A stretch of DNA of 63,080 nt, the filler included, from Aduncisulcus paluster (lineage: Eukaryota), in the NCBI GenBank assembly GCA_024181965.1. It is 36 parts of 36 records of this genome, joined end to end, with 100 filler letters (N's around TTAATTAATTAA, not from the genome) between each part and the next. Parts side by side here need not be neighbours in the genome. Positions count along the whole stretch, not along the records: positions 58,953 to 60,441 come from BQXS01002272.1; positions 60,542 to 61,668 come from BQXS01002277.1; positions 61,769 to 63,080 come from BQXS01002278.1; 33 more parts are not named here. One strand, 5' to 3'. Below are positions 59,112 to 63,080 of the stretch, one piece after another. Under the pieces are notes generated by a model, which saw only the letters and a list, made by a program, of their open reading frames with translations, was not told the origin of the DNA and ran no database searches. The position numbers were made by a program, and so were the translations under genes. Numbering within the stretch: the stretch's first letter is position 1; each line of letters begins with the position of its first letter.

Positions 59112-60432
59112 TCAGAACATTGGCGAACGCGGTGGTCGACACCGTGAAATTGGGCCACCGCAACCGCTTCTGGCTGTCGGGGCTGGCGCTGGCTCTCACG
59201 CTGGGGGTGGCGTGCACCTACCTGGCCGTTGGCGCGTTGCGTGCCAGCGCCTTCGCTTCGACCTATCAGGTGTCGATCGAGCTGCCCGAATCCGGTGGGT
59301 TGATCCCCAATCAGGATGTGGCGCTGCGTGGTTTGCGGATAGGCCGGGTCGAGTCGGTGACTCCGTCGCCTCGTGGACCGGTCGCGGTGGTTCATATCGA
59401 GTCCTCGGTCAAGATCCCGGTGGGAAGCCCGGTGCGCGTGTCGGGCCTTTCTGCGGGAGGCGAGCAATATGTGGACTTCGCGCCGGTGACCACTGCGGGC
59501 CCGTATCTGAGTGATGGCAGTGTGATCGCGCGCGGGGAAGCGACGGTTCCTGTTTCGTTGGCGAAACTACTCGCCAACGCCGATGGTGCACTGGCGCAGG
59601 CTGATACCAAGAANNNNNNNNNNNNNNNNNNNNNNNNNNNNNNNNNNNNNNNNNNNNNNNNNNNNNNNNNNNNNNNNNNNNNNNNNNNNNNNNNNNNNNN
59701 NNNNNNNNNNNNNNNNNNNNNNNNNNNNNNNNNNNNNNNNNNNNNNNNNNNNNCGGTGGTGTATTCCTTTTGTCCACATTGGATTCCGTGCTTCCGCAGA
59801 CGGTGAGTGTGCTCAAGCAGAGCCGCGTGACGCTGTCCTCGTTCGCGGAAATGAACAACGGTCTCGCCACCACCACGCGAGGTCTGAATCGGTCCTTGAA
59901 CGGTGTGGCGCGGATGGATGGCGGTTTTCGTACGCTGATCGACAGGGTTCCGGGGCCGTTGGCCACTACCGATGCGGTGATTGCGGACAACTCCGACAAT
60001 ATGGCGCAGCTGTTGGGGAATCTCACCACAGTGGCGCAGTTGTCCTACGTGCGCGTGCCGGCGCTCAACGCGTTGTTCCCCTCGTACCGTGGATCGGTGA
60101 TCGAGGCGGTCGCCAACACGTTCTACGACCATGGCGTGTGGGCCGTCGCCGACATCTATCCGCGATACACCTGCGACTACGGATACCCACGCACCGCGGT
60201 ATCGGCCGCGGACTACCCGGAGCCGTTCCTGTACGCGGGCTACTGCCGCGATCAGGACCCCGCGGTGCTGGTGCGCGGTGCCAAGAACGCTCCACGGCCG
60301 GCCGACGATGACACGGCCAGTCCGCCGTTGGGTGCCGACCTGGGCCGGATGGCCGATCCAACTCCCAAGGGCCGCTTCACCATTCCCACGCCGTACGGTG
60401 GGCCCACGCTCCCCGTTGATCCGCCGAAGTAG
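59108..60432 (+). CDS. Mce/MlaD family protein (MceF-like)
   Basis: TM segment, LPESGGL..N.DV.LRG..IGRV, LSAGGEQYVDF, C-terminal VRGAKNAP. Confidence 0.9.
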
Positions 60433-60541
60433 GGGTCTAGCNNNNNNNNNNNNNNNNNNNNNNNNNNNNNNNNNNNNNNNNNNNNTTAATTAATTAANNN
60501 NNNNNNNNNNNNNNNNNNNNNNNNNNNNNNNNNNNNNNNNN

Positions 60542-61478
60542 TAGGGCGATGTCTCGCTTGACAACCCTCTGCTGTACGAATATCTCCTTCTCCAGGGTTT
60601 CTATGAAAGTTTTAGAAGCAAAAGATATGGATGCACCAGAGTCTAGAAGTGTTTTGGTTGATTGTACATCATTGCCTTGCGAATCAAGTAATTTCACAGG
60701 CAGAACAGGTCTATCATGATCAGATACCTGCAGGGCCTTGAATGAATGAGTAGTACCAGGGCAGTCACGCTTATAATGTCCAAACCTTTACATTTGAAAC
60801 ATTTAACCTTCGACATGTCCCTTTCTCGATTACGATGGCAGGGAGTCACGGGTTTGGGCTTCATAGGATTCCTTGAAACCGTGTCGCGATCAACAGGAGC
60901 ATGTCTCTTATAAGGAGATACATATCTTTGGAAATCTTCGATCCCTTCCGATACGATGCTTTGCTGCGTGAAAATGGTCTCAGTCAGGGTTGATAAATCA
61001 GGATTCTCGACTCGATCTAATGCTGCCTCAACCCTCGTACGGAAGGAGTCAACGCTGATCCCTTGAAGAAAATACTTCTTCGTCAGAGCAGGGGAGGGTC
61101 GTTCTTCCTCAGCCACCAGTCGAATCGTCTTCCGGAATTGTTTAACGTAAATGGCTACAGCTTTTCGGTTACCTCAGTCAAAACAAGCTTCTCGAAACGG
61201 TAAAGGGCATCAAGTCCAGATAATTTCCCAAAGAAAGATGAAACAGCCTCAACAAAAGTAGACTCAGAGGCTCGAACTTCTTCAGGAGTCATATCCTCGG
61301 GATTAGGTAACTTAACATGGCAAACGTCTTCGTAGATGGATAAGATATCCAAATCAATCAGAGTATACATGTCAGCAGTACCATGTCGTGCTCGGTATTG
61401 TTCGTAAGCAGATTCAAAACGAGCGAAGTCTTTTTGCGAATAAAGAGCCAGAAAAGGGGGTCTTAGTGAGTCAGACAT
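60542..61478 (-). mobile_element. LTR retrotransposon (Ty3/gypsy-like) gag-protease fragment with two frameshifts
   Basis: Joining frames gives a CFKCKG.GHYKRDCP zinc knuckle followed by the LLDSGASISF aspartic protease motif. Confidence 0.8.
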
Positions 61479-61768
61479 TTTTTGGTGATTAATATCTTAA
61501 TGTGCCAGTAATGCTTGAGTCAAATTTATTAGAAATATTTCAACAGCGTTCATCTATAAATAGAACATCAAGAAAGAAGTAAAACGATAATAAAAGTAGA
61601 TAAAATATAATTATAGAAATAAATTATAAGCTGTTATAATTTATTTCAAGTCTAATACACTCTGCCTTNNNNNNNNNNNNNNNNNNNNNNNNNNNNNNNN
61701 NNNNNNNNNNNNTTAATTAATTAANNNNNNNNNNNNNNNNNNNNNNNNNNNNNNNNNNNNNNNNNNNN

Positions 61769-63080
61769 TATTTAGTGGTGGACATGCTTCAAGTATGGTT
61801 TATTCACTTTTACACCTTTGGGGATTTGATGTAACTATTGAAGATTTAAAACAATTCAGACAAACTGGTAGTAAAACTCCAGGACATCCAGAATATAAAC
61901 ATACCCATGGTGTAGAGATTACTACTGGACCATTAGGACAAGGTGTTGCAAATGCAGTTGGTTTTGCTATGGCTTCATCATATGCTAAACATGAATTAAA
62001 TACTACAAATGAAGTTATTAATCATCATGTATATTGTTTTTGTGGTGATGGAGATTTACAAGAGGGTATCTCTTATGAAGCTTGTGCAACAGCAGGACAC
62101 CAACAAACTTCAAACTTAACTATTATTTATGATTCAAATGACATCACCATTGAGGGTGATATCTCAATTGCTTGGAGTGAAGATGTAGCGAAAAGATTTG
62201 AAGCTATTAACTTTGATGTTATTACAATTGATGGTCATGATTTTGATGCTATTGATAAAGCTTTAGAGTCTTCAAGAAATAGTGACAAACCTACACTTAT
62301 CATCGCTAAAACAGCTATTGGAAAAGGTGCAGCAACAATGGAAGGTTCACACCATACTCATNNNNNNNNNNNNNNNNNNNNNNNNNNNNNNNNNNNNNNN
62401 NNNNNNNNNNNNNNNNNNNNNNNNNNNNNNNNNNNNNNNNNNNNNNNNNNNNNNNNNNNNNNNNNNNNNNNAAGCTGCTTTTGATAAATCAGTAACTGGT
62501 GCAGAGTTAAGTTCAGCTTGGACTGCATCTTTAACAGCTGAAGAAAATGATAAGTTAAATACACTTATTAATCCTTCTTTTGAAAATATCTCTTACCCAG
62601 ATTTTTCAGAGGTTTCAGATATGGCGACAAGAGATTCTAACCATAAAGTTTTAAATGCAATTGCTAGTACAGTTCCAGGTTTCATTGGCGGTAGTGCAGA
62701 TTTAGCTCCTTCAAATAAAACAGAACTTACAGGTATGGGAGATTTTCCAAAAGGAAGAAATATCCACTTTGGTATCAAAGAACACTCAATGGCAGCTATT
62801 ACAAATGCTATGAATGTATATGGATTGTTTAAAGTATTTAATGCAACATTCTTTATCTTCTCTGATTATTTAAAACCAGCAGCAAGAGTTGCGGCACTTT
62901 CAAATATCCCTACACACTTTGTATGGACACATGATAGTATTGGTGTAGGTGAAGATGGTGCTACACATCAACCAATTGAGCAATTATCTCAATTTAGAGC
63001 TATGCCTAATTTCTATACATTTAGACCAGCTGATGCAACAGAAAATATTGAGTGTTGGAAAACTGCTCTTACTATGGATG
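61769..63080 (+). CDS. tkt: Transketolase (partial)
   Basis: SGGHAS, TPGHPE, TTGPLGQG, GDGDLQEG, GGSADLAPSN, THDSIGVGEDG.THQPIEQ. Confidence 0.97.

Noticed and set aside
60770-60800. Programmed gag-pol ribosomal frameshift
   Set aside because: The shift falls inside the zinc knuckle, and a second similar indel occurs within gag. Homopolymer error or decay is simpler.

Overview
This window is not one locus. It joins 36 short scaffolds (about 1-4 kb each) with 35 identical artificial linkers (N44-TTAATTAATTAA-N44), so gene neighbourhood means something only within a scaffold. Composition and gene content point to at least four sources. (1) An AT-rich Campylobacterota, probably Arcobacteraceae-like: aminotransferase, nadB, ffh, rpsP, gltB, mreBC, purF, cbiQO, VWA pair, MCP, NodU-type carbamoyltransferase, tsaD, hypF, acnB, recN, moaA, tkt. 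(2) A GC-rich, probably fast-growing mycobacterium: prpDB, sirA-cysH-cysD, purM, pncB-TetR-pncA-dinG, subI, GH38, ilvB, CAR, GSIII, fdxA-dapC, mce and a prophage fragment. (3) Other GC-rich bacteria: a Rhodobacteraceae-like rne and a poly-HAMP kinase. (4) Probably a eukaryote: a Ty3/gypsy-like gag-protease and two unclassified fragments. Most genes are partial housekeeping genes. The best candidates for new biology are a catalytically degenerate IS1595-like protein wedged between hypF and a DUF4198 Ni/Co-uptake gene (possible domesticated regulator), a compact Rep_trans-like replicon module, and an orphan array of 21-nt repeats whose spacing is mostly out of frame. Several small features are missing from the ORF track: a Cys-rich leaderless attenuator peptide upstream of subI, an LptM-like mini-lipoprotein, a 28-aa membrane peptide and a probable CTG start for dapC. 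I found no rRNA, tRNA or cas genes. All family assignments come from motif recognition, not from database searches.
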